This document shows, piece by piece, positions 45,849 to 58,806 of a stretch of 64,000 nucleotides of DNA (the first letter of the stretch is position 1; the number at the start of each line of letters is the position of its first letter). Origin of the DNA: an uncultured Gammaproteobacteria bacterium (GTDB lineage: Bacteria > Patescibacteriota > Patescibacteriia > UBA9934 > CAMTUG01). Made by a program: the position numbers and the translations under genes. The notes below the pieces were generated by a model. It did not search any database. It was not told the DNA's origin and saw nothing but the letters and a program-made list of their open reading frames with translations. The stretch lies in contig CAZPQJ010000003.1 in NCBI GenBank assembly GCA_964588955.1, positions 42 through 64,041 on the forward strand. The letters run 5' to 3'.

Positions 45849-46373
45849 ATGACTTTCACTCTCATCGATGTCATCCTCATTGTCCTTGTCGTTGTCTTCG
45901 TCGTTTCCGGATCGATTCTCGGGTTTGTAAAATCCCTTGGTGGATTTCTTGGTGCGGCGGTAGGTATTTTTGTGGCCTCACGCGTGGCGGGGCCGATTGG
46001 CGACTGGCTCGCTCCGGTGGTTGGCGGCAATAGTCAGATCGTTTCGATCGTTGCCTTCTCGATTGTCTATTTGGTCGCTTCACGTTTGTTTGCCTTGCTG
46101 TTTTGGATTGTGGAAAAAACCCTTGGAGTGGCCGCCAAGTTGCCATTCTTGAGTTCGGTGGATCATTTGCTTGGTGCTATTTTTGGATTTTTGGAAGGCG
46201 TTATTGCCGTGGCGGCAGTGGTTTATTATGCGGGTGCCGTTTTGCCAACAGATGTGTTGCAGAATTCCATTCAAACCTCACAAGTAGGCGTTTGGCTGCT
46301 TTCAGTGTTTGATTTAGTCAAAGGATTAGTTCCGGCCGCCTTACAAGCAAAGATTGAAGAGCAAGTTTTGTAA
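45849..46373 (+). CDS. CvpA family membrane protein
   Basis: IDVIL...GFVKSLG...VDHLLGAIFGFLEG. Confidence 0.85.
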   Translation: MTFTLIDVILIVLVVVFVVSGSILGFVKSLGGFLGAAVGIFVASRVAGPIGDWLAPVVGGNSQIVSIVAFSIVYLVASRLFALLFWIVEKTLGVAAKLPFLSSVDHLLGAIFGFLEGVIAVAAVVYYAGAVLPTDVLQNSIQTSQVGVWLLSVFDLVKGLVPAALQAKIEEQVL

Positions 46374-46374
46374 T

Positions 46375-47217
46375 GTGATTGATACTCACTGTCACGTCCA
46401 CTTTCGGGCGTACAAAGACGACATGGATGAAGTGATTAAACGGACGCTGGAAAAAGGCGTGCGCATGATTACGGTTGGTACGCAGTCGACGACGAGTAAA
46501 AATGGCATCGAAGTCGCAGAAAAATACGACGGTGTGTACACCACCATCGGCCTACATCCCAATCACACTTGCGAGCAGCATTTTGAAGATGAGATGGAGG
46601 AAATTAAAACGCGTTGTGAGAGTTTTGACGTGGAGTATTATCGTGCGCTGGCAAAGCACCCTAAAGTGGTGGCGATCGGGGAGTGCGGATTGGATTATTA
46701 TCGCATTCCGCCGGAAGTGGATCGTGATGCGTTGATTGTGAAACAAAAAGAAGAACTGCACAAACAACTCTCGTTAGCGGATGAACTCAATCTGCCGGTG
46801 GTGATTCATTGCCGCGACGCGCATGCGGATCAGTTAGCCATGCTCAAGGAATTTACGGACGCGGGAAAACTAACGCGCAAAGGAGTCATTCACTGCTTCA
46901 CCGGCACCCTTGCCGAAGCCTGTGCCTATCATGCGATTGGTTTCTTAACGAGCTTCACTGGCATCATCACGTTTCCACCAAGAAAAAGCGAAGGTCCAAT
47001 CTCCCCGCTGCAATCCGTCGTCGCCGACTGCCCTCTCGAAATGATGATCCTCGAAACCGATTCCCCCTACCTAACCCCCGAACCCCACCGCGGCGAACGT
47101 AACGAACCCTGGTACGTACAGTTCGTCGCCGCTAAAGTAGCGGAGCTCAAGGGGATTAGCCTGGAAGAAGTGGATCGCGTAACGACACAGAATGCGGAAA
47201 GATTGTTTGGAATATAG
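46375..47217 (+). CDS. tatD: TatD family nuclease
   Basis: IDTHCH, GLHP, AIGECGLDY, VIHCR, HCFTG, LETDSPYL. Confidence 0.95.
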   Translation: MIDTHCHVHFRAYKDDMDEVIKRTLEKGVRMITVGTQSTTSKNGIEVAEKYDGVYTTIGLHPNHTCEQHFEDEMEEIKTRCESFDVEYYRALAKHPKVVAIGECGLDYYRIPPEVDRDALIVKQKEELHKQLSLADELNLPVVIHCRDAHADQLAMLKEFTDAGKLTRKGVIHCFTGTLAEACAYHAIGFLTSFTGIITFPPRKSEGPISPLQSVVADCPLEMMILETDSPYLTPEPHRGERNEPWYVQFVAAKVAELKGISLEEVDRVTTQNAERLFGI

Positions 47218-47472
47218 AGCGAAGAGAAAGATGGAGAAAGTAGGAGAAAAAGATATAGGCGGGGCCACTGTGCCCCGCCAGGGACACGTGTAGAAATAGC
47301 AAGCGCCCCCGGAGGAGAGTTTCCTTCGGGGGCGTTGAAGTTGTCGCTGCCCCCGGAGGAAGTTCCTCCACAACCACGAGGGGTTGCTTGGGGACGCTAG
47401 CGTGCGGAGATCAGTCCCGCGTGGCGTCTTTCGACTACCTCCTTGATCTACGCGGAACCTTGATCCCGCGAA

Positions 47473-49260
47473 CTACGACGAGGCCGGGGCCTCGCCAGGG
47501 GCCTGCTGGATCTCTCCCGTCGCGCGACCCTTGCGCGAACGGCGGGGCTTCTTCTCCGTCACGGGCGGGGTGGCGGGCGCTTCGGGAGCCGGGGCGGAGG
47601 GATCGATCACGGCGATGAGCGCCGCCTCCGCCGCGTCGAGCGCGGCCAGGAGCTCGAGCCTGCCGGTCCCGATCTCGATCGCCGCCAGGCCGTGGTGCTG
47701 GCGCCGCTGGTTGAGGTAGGTGAGGGCCGTTCCCCCGTCCTCCTTTCCTTTCTGCTCCGCGGTGGCTCCGCGGACGGCCTGAGGCGTGTTGCCCCGCGGC
47801 TGCAGGAAGGCCCAGGCTTCCACCGTGATCGCCTCGCCGAATGTGACCGTGAGATCCACCAAGGGGCAGGTGATGAGCTTCTCCGCGGCCTGCAGAAGAT
47901 CCTTGCGGACCTGTAGCGCCGTCGGGTTCTCGAAGTCGGCGTCGGCTGCCCCGTTCCCGCGCATCCACGCGAGCATCGGGTCGTCCTCGACCGGCCGCTT
48001 GAACTTGAAGTCACCGAAGCGCTTGCGCGCCTCCCAGATCGGCACGTCCGTGCCGATCCCGGTGGCCGCGCGGGCTTGCTCTACCGAGAAGACACTGGTC
48101 AGTCGCCCGACCATGTCCGCCCGGTAGTGCCCCTGTTCGACTTCGGCACTCGGACGCACGTTCTCGACGAGCGTGGTCATCACGAGGCCTCGTCGCTCGC
48201 CTTCCTGCCTCGGCATGGTCCACCCCACGGCCATGATGGCCTTGACCGTCGGATGGGTGTCCCTCGGCTCCTCCCTGCCGAGACGGTCGATGATCGACGC
48301 CAGGCGCGTGACGTCGAAGCGGTTGATGGTGACCCCCAACGCGTCCATGGGGGGAACGTTCGGCACCTTGCTCATGTGCGCGACCGTCTTCGGGGCGCGC
48401 TGCTTGAGCTGCGGGCGGAGATCCGCACCGCTGGTGTACGCTCCGACGACTCGTGCCCAGACCGCTCCGAAGGTCTCCATGCGCTCGCCGATGGGGAGGC
48501 TGAAGATGACCGCACCCGGATCAGGAACCACCGAGTCGTTGAGCAGCATGACGGACTTCCCCTCGTATCGGACACCGCGCACCTTCCGAACCCGCCCACC
48601 GTCATAGGTGATCACGGGATCTTCCGACTGCACTTCGCCCACGAAGAGGATCTGTCCCTCGTAGAGCTCGTAGACCGGATCCTCGTCCTCCGGGATCAGG
48701 CGCTTGGACGGTTCGGCCATGATGTTGTAGGCCTTGACCGCCTTCGAGCCGGCCACGATCCAGGGGAGCGCACACCATTCACCGTCGATCTCCCAGACCA
48801 AACAGTCGTAGGCCTTTCCGGGGATCGGCTTGTGGATGGCACAGGTGAGCGCGCGCGCCAGCAAGTGCCTGGTCTCCCCGTCGACATCCATGTCGAAGGG
48901 GGCCACGTAGACTTGCTTGCGTCCCATCTGCCGCGGACCGAAGGTCAGGCGACGCTGGGTCACTCGGTCACCCGGGATCACGCACTTCGACCCGAGCCGG
49001 TAGCTCGCGTAGTAGAGTAGACCCCAGAGCGCGGCGTAGGCCTTGTCCTGGGGGCTCATCACCACCAGGGCGTTCTTGGTGCCCAAGATGGAGTTGGCGG
49101 CATCCTCGATGGTCAGGCTGGGGTTGTCCGCCACCATCTGCCTGGCCTGCGTGAGCTGCTTGACGGTGAGGCCAAGCTTCTTGGCTTCGGCCTCGTCCAG
49201 AGCGGCTTGCATGGCGTTGGCGGGCGTGGTGGAGCGGGGCGGGTTCTTCTTCTGGGACAT
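47473..49260 (-). CDS. Hypothetical 595-aa protein (GC-rich, SD-led class)
   Basis: Long ORF with strong C/G third-position bias; AGGAGG-CACC-ATG; TTGACA promoter near 49412. Confidence 0.85.
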   Translation of the reverse strand: MSQKKNPPRSTTPANAMQAALDEAEAKKLGLTVKQLTQARQMVADNPSLTIEDAANSILGTKNALVVMSPQDKAYAALWGLLYYASYRLGSKCVIPGDRVTQRRLTFGPRQMGRKQVYVAPFDMDVDGETRHLLARALTCAIHKPIPGKAYDCLVWEIDGEWCALPWIVAGSKAVKAYNIMAEPSKRLIPEDEDPVYELYEGQILFVGEVQSEDPVITYDGGRVRKVRGVRYEGKSVMLLNDSVVPDPGAVIFSLPIGERMETFGAVWARVVGAYTSGADLRPQLKQRAPKTVAHMSKVPNVPPMDALGVTINRFDVTRLASIIDRLGREEPRDTHPTVKAIMAVGWTMPRQEGERRGLVMTTLVENVRPSAEVEQGHYRADMVGRLTSVFSVEQARAATGIGTDVPIWEARKRFGDFKFKRPVEDDPMLAWMRGNGAADADFENPTALQVRKDLLQAAEKLITCPLVDLTVTFGEAITVEAWAFLQPRGNTPQAVRGATAEQKGKEDGGTALTYLNQRRQHHGLAAIEIGTGRLELLAALDAAEAALIAVIDPSAPAPEAPATPPVTEKKPRRSRKGRATGEIQQAPGEAPASS

Positions 49261-49387
49261 GGTGCCTCCTAGGCGGATGTGGCCGTTTGGCCGTTTGTGG
49301 CCTTATGGCCGGGTGATTGGACTGACTGCCGACTTTATATTAGACGGCCCAAAGGCCTAAAAGTCGATTTAAGTCAGCTCAAAAAAT

Positions 49388-49462
49388 TATCACATTTTTT
49401 TACTTTTGTCAATGGCTAATGATGCTGAAGCTATTGACAAAAGTGTATTTTTATGCTAGTTT
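49388..49462. promoter_or_regulatory. Divergent sigma70 promoters for the two GC-rich genes
   Basis: Minus TTGACA...TGTGATAAT; plus TTGACA(49434-49439)...TGCTAGTTT, in an AT-rich gap. Confidence 0.7.
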
Positions 49463-49576
49463 TTTAAGTCGGTTTTTCGTTGCTGGACAGTTAAAAACAG
49501 CTCGAAACGCCGTAGAGTTTCTGTTCACAGATCGATTCTGATCCACCCGCATCTTCAAACTGCCCAAGGAGGCACC

Positions 49577-50785
49577 ATGGCACTTTCCATCGACCAGGCC
49601 GCTGATCTCTTTGTTAATGCCTTCACGAACCCCGTCAAGCCGCTCACCCGCGGGGAGGTCGGGGAGCTGAAGGTACACATCAACGAGGCCGGGCGGGTGA
49701 TCCGGGGGGAGATCGGGAACACCCCGTTCTTCGACGCGATCCTCGCTATTCCTGCAATGGACGAGGCCATGCAGCTCCTGAGCGATCTCGCCCAGGCCAC
49801 CGACGACCTCCAGCGGGGGACGATTCTTGCCGGGAAACCGGCAAACGTCGTCACTAACGCCGGAAAGTTCTTCAAGGTGGCCACGCCGGCGGCCGCACCC
49901 CCCGCGACTCACGGACCGGCACCTGGTGCCCCTCCCGTGGCCGTGCCTCCGGTTCCGCCCGGAATCGGTGGGCCGGTTCCTCCCACTCCGCCCGCTCCGG
50001 CCAACCCGCCCGCAGGAGCACCGGCCCCGGCACCGGCACCGGCACCGGCACCGGCACCGGCACCGGCACCGGCACCGGCACCGGCCAACCCCGCACCCAC
50101 TGGGGCACCGACCGGTGGGGCGACGAGGCGTGCCTTCTCCCGTCTAGGAGCGAGGGTCGTCGCACAAGGAGGCGCGAGTCCGGTGCCCGTGGCCGCCCCG
50201 GCCGCGGTCGTCGCGGCGACGCCTGTCGCAGTCGCAACCCCTGCGGCGGCAACGGTCGCGGCAGCCACCCCGGTCGCCGCAACCACACCGGCTCCGGCGA
50301 CCACCCCGGTCGCAGGAACACCGGCAGCGGCGGCCGTCGTGGCGTCCTCCGCGCCCTCTCAGGGACGGAGCTGGTGGATGTGGGGCTTCCTCGGCCTCGC
50401 AGCCATCGGCCTCGTCGTCTGCTGCGGTGGGGGAGGAGTCTGGGGCTACCGCTCCTTCTTCTCCGGCAACGGGGAGAAGGTCGAGGCTGCGACCGAGGCT
50501 CACGCCGAAGTCAAGGTCAAGCCCTCCGAGATCAAGGGGGACGGGACGGTCGCGCTCGAGGCGGTCCCGATCGAGACGCTCGCTGCGACCGTCGCGGGCA
50601 AGGAAAACCTCTGCAACCTCTGCAAGGAGGGAGCGGAGGCGCCCGATCCCGCCTGTCCGAGCCAGGATCTTGGTCCCGCGGCCTGCGCGGCCATCCAGGA
50701 CATCTGCGACCAGTGCGAGGATCACCGCACCTACTGGAAGCGATGTGACGCCATCATCCGGCGTCACATCAACAACCTCCGGTAG
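49577..50785 (+). CDS. Pro/Ala-rich single-pass membrane protein with Cys-rich C-terminal domain (GC-rich, SD-led class)
   Basis: AAGGAGG-CACC-ATG; (PA)n linker; WWMWG..VCCGGGG TM; C-terminal Cys cluster. Confidence 0.85.
   Translation: MALSIDQAADLFVNAFTNPVKPLTRGEVGELKVHINEAGRVIRGEIGNTPFFDAILAIPAMDEAMQLLSDLAQATDDLQRGTILAGKPANVVTNAGKFFKVATPAAAPPATHGPAPGAPPVAVPPVPPGIGGPVPPTPPAPANPPAGAPAPAPAPAPAPAPAPAPAPAPANPAPTGAPTGGATRRAFSRLGARVVAQGGASPVPVAAPAAVVAATPVAVATPAAATVAAATPVAATTPAPATTPVAGTPAAAAVVASSAPSQGRSWWMWGFLGLAAIGLVVCCGGGGVWGYRSFFSGNGEKVEAATEAHAEVKVKPSEIKGDGTVALEAVPIETLAATVAGKENLCNLCKEGAEAPDPACPSQDLGPAACAAIQDICDQCEDHRTYWKRCDAIIRRHINNLR
50027..50080 (+). repeat. Perfect hexamer tandem repeat (CCGGCA)9 encoding Pro-Ala
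   Basis: Read directly from the sequence. Confidence 0.95.
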
Positions 50786-51006
50786 GGACAATTCACGAAT
50801 TGTCCAAGGAGACCCGGGCTCCCTCCGCTTTCGGAGCCCACAACACGCGTGAACGCCGGCCAGGGTCAACTCCCTCGGCCGGCGATCGCTTTTTATTTCA
50901 CTTTTCTCATATTTTCTCCTATTTTTTCTTTTTTCCCTTGACCCCACCCTCTATTTCCTCTATACTTTGGCCGCAATTGTGAACCTTGAATTAACGCAAA
51001 AAAGCT

Positions 51007-51249
51007 GTGGATAACTACCGAAAAATCTACGCCTTTGCTTTCAAAACTTTTGGAGATTTCGGCATCACGATTGCTGTGCCAGCGGTTTTGGCAGCTCTAG
51101 GAGGAAAGTGGTTGGACGCTCGTTTTATGACAGGGAAGCGTTATACCGCCATCCTTCTCGTCCTCGCGTTCGCCTTAACGGCTTACATCATTGTCAAAAA
51201 AGTGAAAGAATACGGTCGCGCTTACAGTCAATTGTTTGAAAAGAACTAG
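51007..51249 (+). CDS. AtpZ/AtpI family protein
   Basis: FGITIAVP...GKWLD; first gene of the atp operon. Confidence 0.8.
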   Translation: MDNYRKIYAFAFKTFGDFGITIAVPAVLAALGGKWLDARFMTGKRYTAILLVLAFALTAYIIVKKVKEYGRAYSQLFEKN

Positions 51250-51251
51250 TT

Positions 51252-52321
<1,070 letters not shown>

Positions 52322-52330
52322 TCGGAAATT

Positions 52331-52867
52331 ATGTCCGCAGAAGTAAAGGCTGCAGCCGAGGCAGTAGAAGCCACGGGCGGTATCGCCGCCTTGGGGCTTA
52401 ATGCCAAAATCTTCGTCGCACAGTTGATCAACTTCACGGTTGTTCTGCTTGTGCTTTGGAAATGGGCGTATCGACCGATCGTCAAATTGTTGGAAGAGCG
52501 TCAAACCAAGATTGAGAAGTCGGTCAAAGGCGCGGAAGAAATTGAAGAACGATTGAAGGCTTCGGCTCAAGATCGTGAAGCAATGTTGCGTGAGGCCAAG
52601 GCCGAGGCGCAAAAGGTTCTTGATGAAGCGATGGCTTCCGCGGAAGAACGCAAAGCCGAAATGGTTGCTGCTGCCAAGCGCGAAGTGGAACGCGTGATCA
52701 TGCAAGGCAAAACCCAGCTTGCTCAAGAACGCGAAGCTATGGTACGCGAGGCACGCAAGGATTTGGTGGAAGTCGCTTTGTCTGCCACCAAACGCATTAT
52801 CGGTGAAGAGATCAACGAGAAGAAGGCAACCTCGCTCGCTGAAGAGGTTGTTCGCAAAATGACCTAA
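52331..52867 (+). CDS. atpF: ATP synthase F0 subunit b
   Basis: AQLINF...PIVKLLEERQ coiled coil. Confidence 0.95.
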   Translation: MSAEVKAAAEAVEATGGIAALGLNAKIFVAQLINFTVVLLVLWKWAYRPIVKLLEERQTKIEKSVKGAEEIEERLKASAQDREAMLREAKAEAQKVLDEAMASAEERKAEMVAAAKREVERVIMQGKTQLAQEREAMVREARKDLVEVALSATKRIIGEEINEKKATSLAEEVVRKMT

Positions 52868-52868
52868 T

Positions 52869-53255
52869 ATGAAACTCACAGCACGACAATACGCAAGCGC
52901 CCTCATGACCATGACGGATGGAAAAACCGGCAAAGCGTTGGAGTCGGCTGTGAGTCAGTTCGCCGGAGAGCTTCAGGAACGACATGAGCTCTCCCGCTGG
53001 CGCGAGATCGTGCGCGCTTTCGACAATGCCTGGCGCCGCAAACATGGCGCGGCAACGGTGAAGCTGACAACCGCGTTTGCTCCATCAAAAACAATGCTCG
53101 AGGACGTAGAAAAAGCTTATCCGAACGCTTCCATCACCCATGAGGTGAAAGAAGAACTGGTTGGAGGAGCTGTTCTGCAAGTCGATGACCGTCTGTTTGA
53201 CGGAAGTGTGTCTGGGCAACTGTCGAAACTGCATGATCAATTGATCGGAAACTAA
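52869..53255 (+). CDS. atpH: ATP synthase F1 subunit delta (short)
   Basis: [25 protein letters not shown]. Confidence 0.9.
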   Translation: MKLTARQYASALMTMTDGKTGKALESAVSQFAGELQERHELSRWREIVRAFDNAWRRKHGAATVKLTTAFAPSKTMLEDVEKAYPNASITHEVKEELVGGAVLQVDDRLFDGSVSGQLSKLHDQLIGN

Positions 53256-53268
53256 CCGTAACTCTACT

Positions 53269-54771
53269 ATGTCTAAAGATGCAATTATTGACGCGTTAAA
53301 ATCTCAAGTCGCTTCGTTCGAACGCGATGCGAAATCAGAAACAGTCGGCAAGGTGCTTACGATCGGTGACGGTATTGCACGACTCAGTGGTCTCTCTAAC
53401 GTGAAAGCGTCGGAGATGTTGGAGTTTCCGGGCGGCGTGATCGGTGTGACCTTAAACTTGGAAGAAGAAACGGTCGGAGCCATTTTGCTCGGCGACTACG
53501 CGCACATTAAAGAAGGGGACACCGTGAAATCGACCGGACAAGTATTGTCGATTGCGGTTGGAGATGAATTAATCGGACGCGTGGTCAACGGTGTTGGTGA
53601 ACCGATTGATGGCAAAGGAGCTATTGTTTCCAAAAAGCGCATGAACGTGGAGCGTGTTGCACCGGGCGTGATGCAGCGCCAGCCCGTCGATACTCCGTTA
53701 CAGACCGGTATCAAAGCTATTGACGCCATGATCCCGATCGGACGCGGTCAGCGCGAGTTGATTATCGGAGACCGCCAAACGGGTAAAACAGCCGTGGCCG
53801 TGGACGCCATCATCAACCAGAAAGGCCTTGGCGTGAAATGCATCTACGTGGCTATTGGCCAGAAAGAATCCAAAGTAGCCAAGATCGTTGCCAAGCTCGA
53901 AGAAGCGGGAGCGATGGAATACACCACGGTCGTTGTTGCTGGCGCATCGGATCCGGCTGCTATGAGTTACATCGCTCCTTACGTTGGATGCACCATTGGT
54001 GAATACTTCATGGAAAAAGGAGAAGACGCTCTTGTTGTTTACGATGATTTGTCCAAGCATGCTTGGGCGTATCGCGAAGTTTCGCTGTTGCTCCGCCGCC
54101 CGCCGGGTCGCGAGGCGTATCCGGGGGACGTGTTTTACTTGCACTCACGTTTGCTTGAACGTGCCGCACGCTTGAACCAAGAGTTGGGCGGAGGATCGCT
54201 GACCGCCTTGCCGATCATCGAAACTCAAGCAGGTGACGTTTCTGCCTACATTCCAACGAACGTTATTTCCATTACGGATGGTCAGATTTTCTTGGAGAGC
54301 GACTTGTTCTACAAGGGTATTCGCCCGGCCTTGAACGTGGGTATTTCTGTTTCGCGTGTGGGTTCGGCTGCGCAAACCAAAGCCATGAAAAAAGTTTCTG
54401 GAAAGATGCGTTTGGACTTGGCGCAGTTCCGTGAGTTGGAAGCCTTCTCGCAATTTGCTACGGATTTGGACGAAGCCACGCGCAAGCAAATTGAACGTGG
54501 TCGCCGTACGGTGGAGTTGTTGAAACAAGGTCAGTACTCGCCGATGCCGTTTGAAGAACAGGTGGTGGTGATTTTCGCTGTGACCAACGGAATGCTCGAC
54601 GCGGTTCCAGCGGAGAAGATTCGCGAATGGGAAGCAAGCTACCTGCACTTTGTGAAAACGCAGCCAGGTGATTTGTTGAAGACGATTCGCGAGAGCGCCA
54701 AATTGGAAGATGCAACGGTGGAAGCATTGAAAGCTTCTATTCAGGAACACGTTAAACAGTTCGTTGGTTAA
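53269..54771 (+). CDS. atpA: ATP synthase F1 subunit alpha
   Basis: [30 protein letters not shown]. Confidence 0.98.
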   Translation: MSKDAIIDALKSQVASFERDAKSETVGKVLTIGDGIARLSGLSNVKASEMLEFPGGVIGVTLNLEEETVGAILLGDYAHIKEGDTVKSTGQVLSIAVGDELIGRVVNGVGEPIDGKGAIVSKKRMNVERVAPGVMQRQPVDTPLQTGIKAIDAMIPIGRGQRELIIGDRQTGKTAVAVDAIINQKGLGVKCIYVAIGQKESKVAKIVAKLEEAGAMEYTTVVVAGASDPAAMSYIAPYVGCTIGEYFMEKGEDALVVYDDLSKHAWAYREVSLLLRRPPGREAYPGDVFYLHSRLLERAARLNQELGGGSLTALPIIETQAGDVSAYIPTNVISITDGQIFLESDLFYKGIRPALNVGISVSRVGSAAQTKAMKKVSGKMRLDLAQFRELEAFSQFATDLDEATRKQIERGRRTVELLKQGQYSPMPFEEQVVVIFAVTNGMLDAVPAEKIREWEASYLHFVKTQPGDLLKTIRESAKLEDATVEALKASIQEHVKQFVG

Positions 54772-54774
54772 GAT

Positions 54775-57148
<2,374 letters not shown>

Positions 57149-57160
57149 CAATCCAATCCT

Positions 57161-57613
57161 ATGTCGCATTTGAACTTAAAAATCGTCACTCCCGAACGGG
57201 TGGTCTACGAGGCCGTGGTTGATTCGGTGACCGTGCCGACAACGAGTGGGGAAGTGACCATTCTCAAAAATCACATTCCGCTGGTTTCCAAAATCCAGGC
57301 TGGAGAGATTCGTACCAAAATTGGCAGCGAAGAGCATTTGCTCGCCGTCTCCACCGGATTTTTGGAAGTGCGTCCAGGAAACGAAGTGGTGATTTTGGCA
57401 GATACGGCAGAGCGTGCCGATGAGCTTGATTTGAAAAAGATTGAAGAGGCACGTGAGTTGGCTCGTAAGACGATGGAAGAAAAACGCCACGTCGACGACG
57501 AATCCTTCGCCGCTGCCGCAGCGGCCATGGAACGTGAATTGGCTCGCTACAAAGTGGCCATGAAGCGCAAAGGCCGCTCGATGACTATTGATCAGCAAGA
57601 TCGGGAGAACTAG
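57161..57613 (+). CDS. atpC: ATP synthase F1 subunit epsilon
   Basis: IVTPER, GEVTILKNHIPL, GFLEV, ILADTAE. Confidence 0.95.
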   Translation: MSHLNLKIVTPERVVYEAVVDSVTVPTTSGEVTILKNHIPLVSKIQAGEIRTKIGSEEHLLAVSTGFLEVRPGNEVVILADTAERADELDLKKIEEARELARKTMEEKRHVDDESFAAAAAAMERELARYKVAMKRKGRSMTIDQQDREN

Positions 57614-57785
57614 ACCAAGCCGCAATATTTATTGTCAAAATCACGCTGTAACGGCGTGTTTTTGGCTTATGTTGGCCTAATACGATTGACAAAACCGGTT
57701 TTTTATGCTATATTTTCTCCTCCGCAAACGCGCGGAAAATGGTACCATCAACGTGTCCAACCCCCTATCGAGAGGAGATACCACC

Positions 57786-58643
57786 ATGCTTTTCAGTACC
57801 CTGTTCCTGGTTGCTTGCAGCGAGAACAACATCATCGTGCAGGAGTCCAGCTCGAAGGTCGATGACCCCAAGAACGTCGAGGGCTACACCGAGGTGTACG
57901 TTCCGACGCAATCGACCACCGACACCGATCCGTCGGGTGTTGGCACCATGGACGTGCCGGAAGACTCCAACCCGGACGGCGTCGAGACCGACACCGACAC
58001 CGACACCGGCACCGACCTTGAACCGACCGAGGATCCCTGCGCCACCACGCAAGTGATCTCCACCGGCCTCTGGGACGACACCGACGGCGATGGAGACCGT
58101 GAGCTTGTGTACGCGGAAGTGTACGCCAAGCCGATCTTCTCCCACCTGGGCGAGGATGCAATGGAGGTCACCCAGGGTGAGGAGTCGCCGTTCGACCTGG
58201 TTGTCACCAACCAGTGCTCGGCGATCCGCATCTGGAACTTGTTCTACCTGATCGACGACGACGACCTGGACGGGGAGGGGTGGCTCTACGACATCAACGA
58301 GGAGCGCATGGAGGCCGGCTACCTCTCGGAGTACTCCACCGGCGAGGAGTTCTCCCCGATCGCGGCCATCAACCTCGACTGGGGAACGACTTCCGATGAG
58401 CTCCAGTACGAATGGTGTTCCGAAGATGTCGGCACCAGCCCCTGCACCGACATGGGCGACCCCCGCGAGATCGGCGCGGACGAGACGGAGTTGTATCCGT
58501 TCGAGTTCACCGCGACGGACTACGCGCCTGTCGGCACCATCTTCCAGGAGATGATCGTTTCCGTCGTCTGGGAGGACGTCGCCACTGGCACGGTCGTGTG
58601 GGACTACTCGTACGACATCGTCGACGTCACCGTCGTCGAGTAG
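57786..58643 (+). CDS. Acidic putative lipoprotein with DT repeats (GC-rich, SD-led class)
   Basis: GAGGAG-ATACCACC-ATG; TTGACA-17-TATATT; MLFSTLFLVAC; ETDTDTDTGTD. Confidence 0.85.
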   Translation: MLFSTLFLVACSENNIIVQESSSKVDDPKNVEGYTEVYVPTQSTTDTDPSGVGTMDVPEDSNPDGVETDTDTDTGTDLEPTEDPCATTQVISTGLWDDTDGDGDRELVYAEVYAKPIFSHLGEDAMEVTQGEESPFDLVVTNQCSAIRIWNLFYLIDDDDLDGEGWLYDINEERMEAGYLSEYSTGEEFSPIAAINLDWGTTSDELQYEWCSEDVGTSPCTDMGDPREIGADETELYPFEFTATDYAPVGTIFQEMIVSVVWEDVATGTVVWDYSYDIVDVTVVE

Positions 58644-58771
58644 TCGGTTCAACCATCAGATCGGGTCTCTCGCGCACCCCGGCGAACGCATCGCCTTCGG
58701 GTGCGTTCTGCTTTTAGGGCCTTTTTGACGGCTTTTCGTGAGCTCTTTTTTGATGTAAAATGCTGCTGCGA

Positions 58772-58800
58772 GAGATTGCTTCGCATGCGCTCGCAAAGAC
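58772..58800. repeat. Short REP-like palindrome
   Basis: GAGATTGCTTCGCATGCGCTCGCAAAGAC resembles a widespread GATTGCTTCG...CTCGCAATGAC repeat; single copy in this window. Confidence 0.4.
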
Positions 58801-58806
58801 AAGAAT

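Noticed and set aside
48076-49020. 314-aa plus-strand ORF, and similar long antisense ORFs at 57765-58652, 55842-57029 and 50144-50947
   Set aside because: Shadow ORFs expected opposite genes with biased codon usage; no start signals or protein motifs
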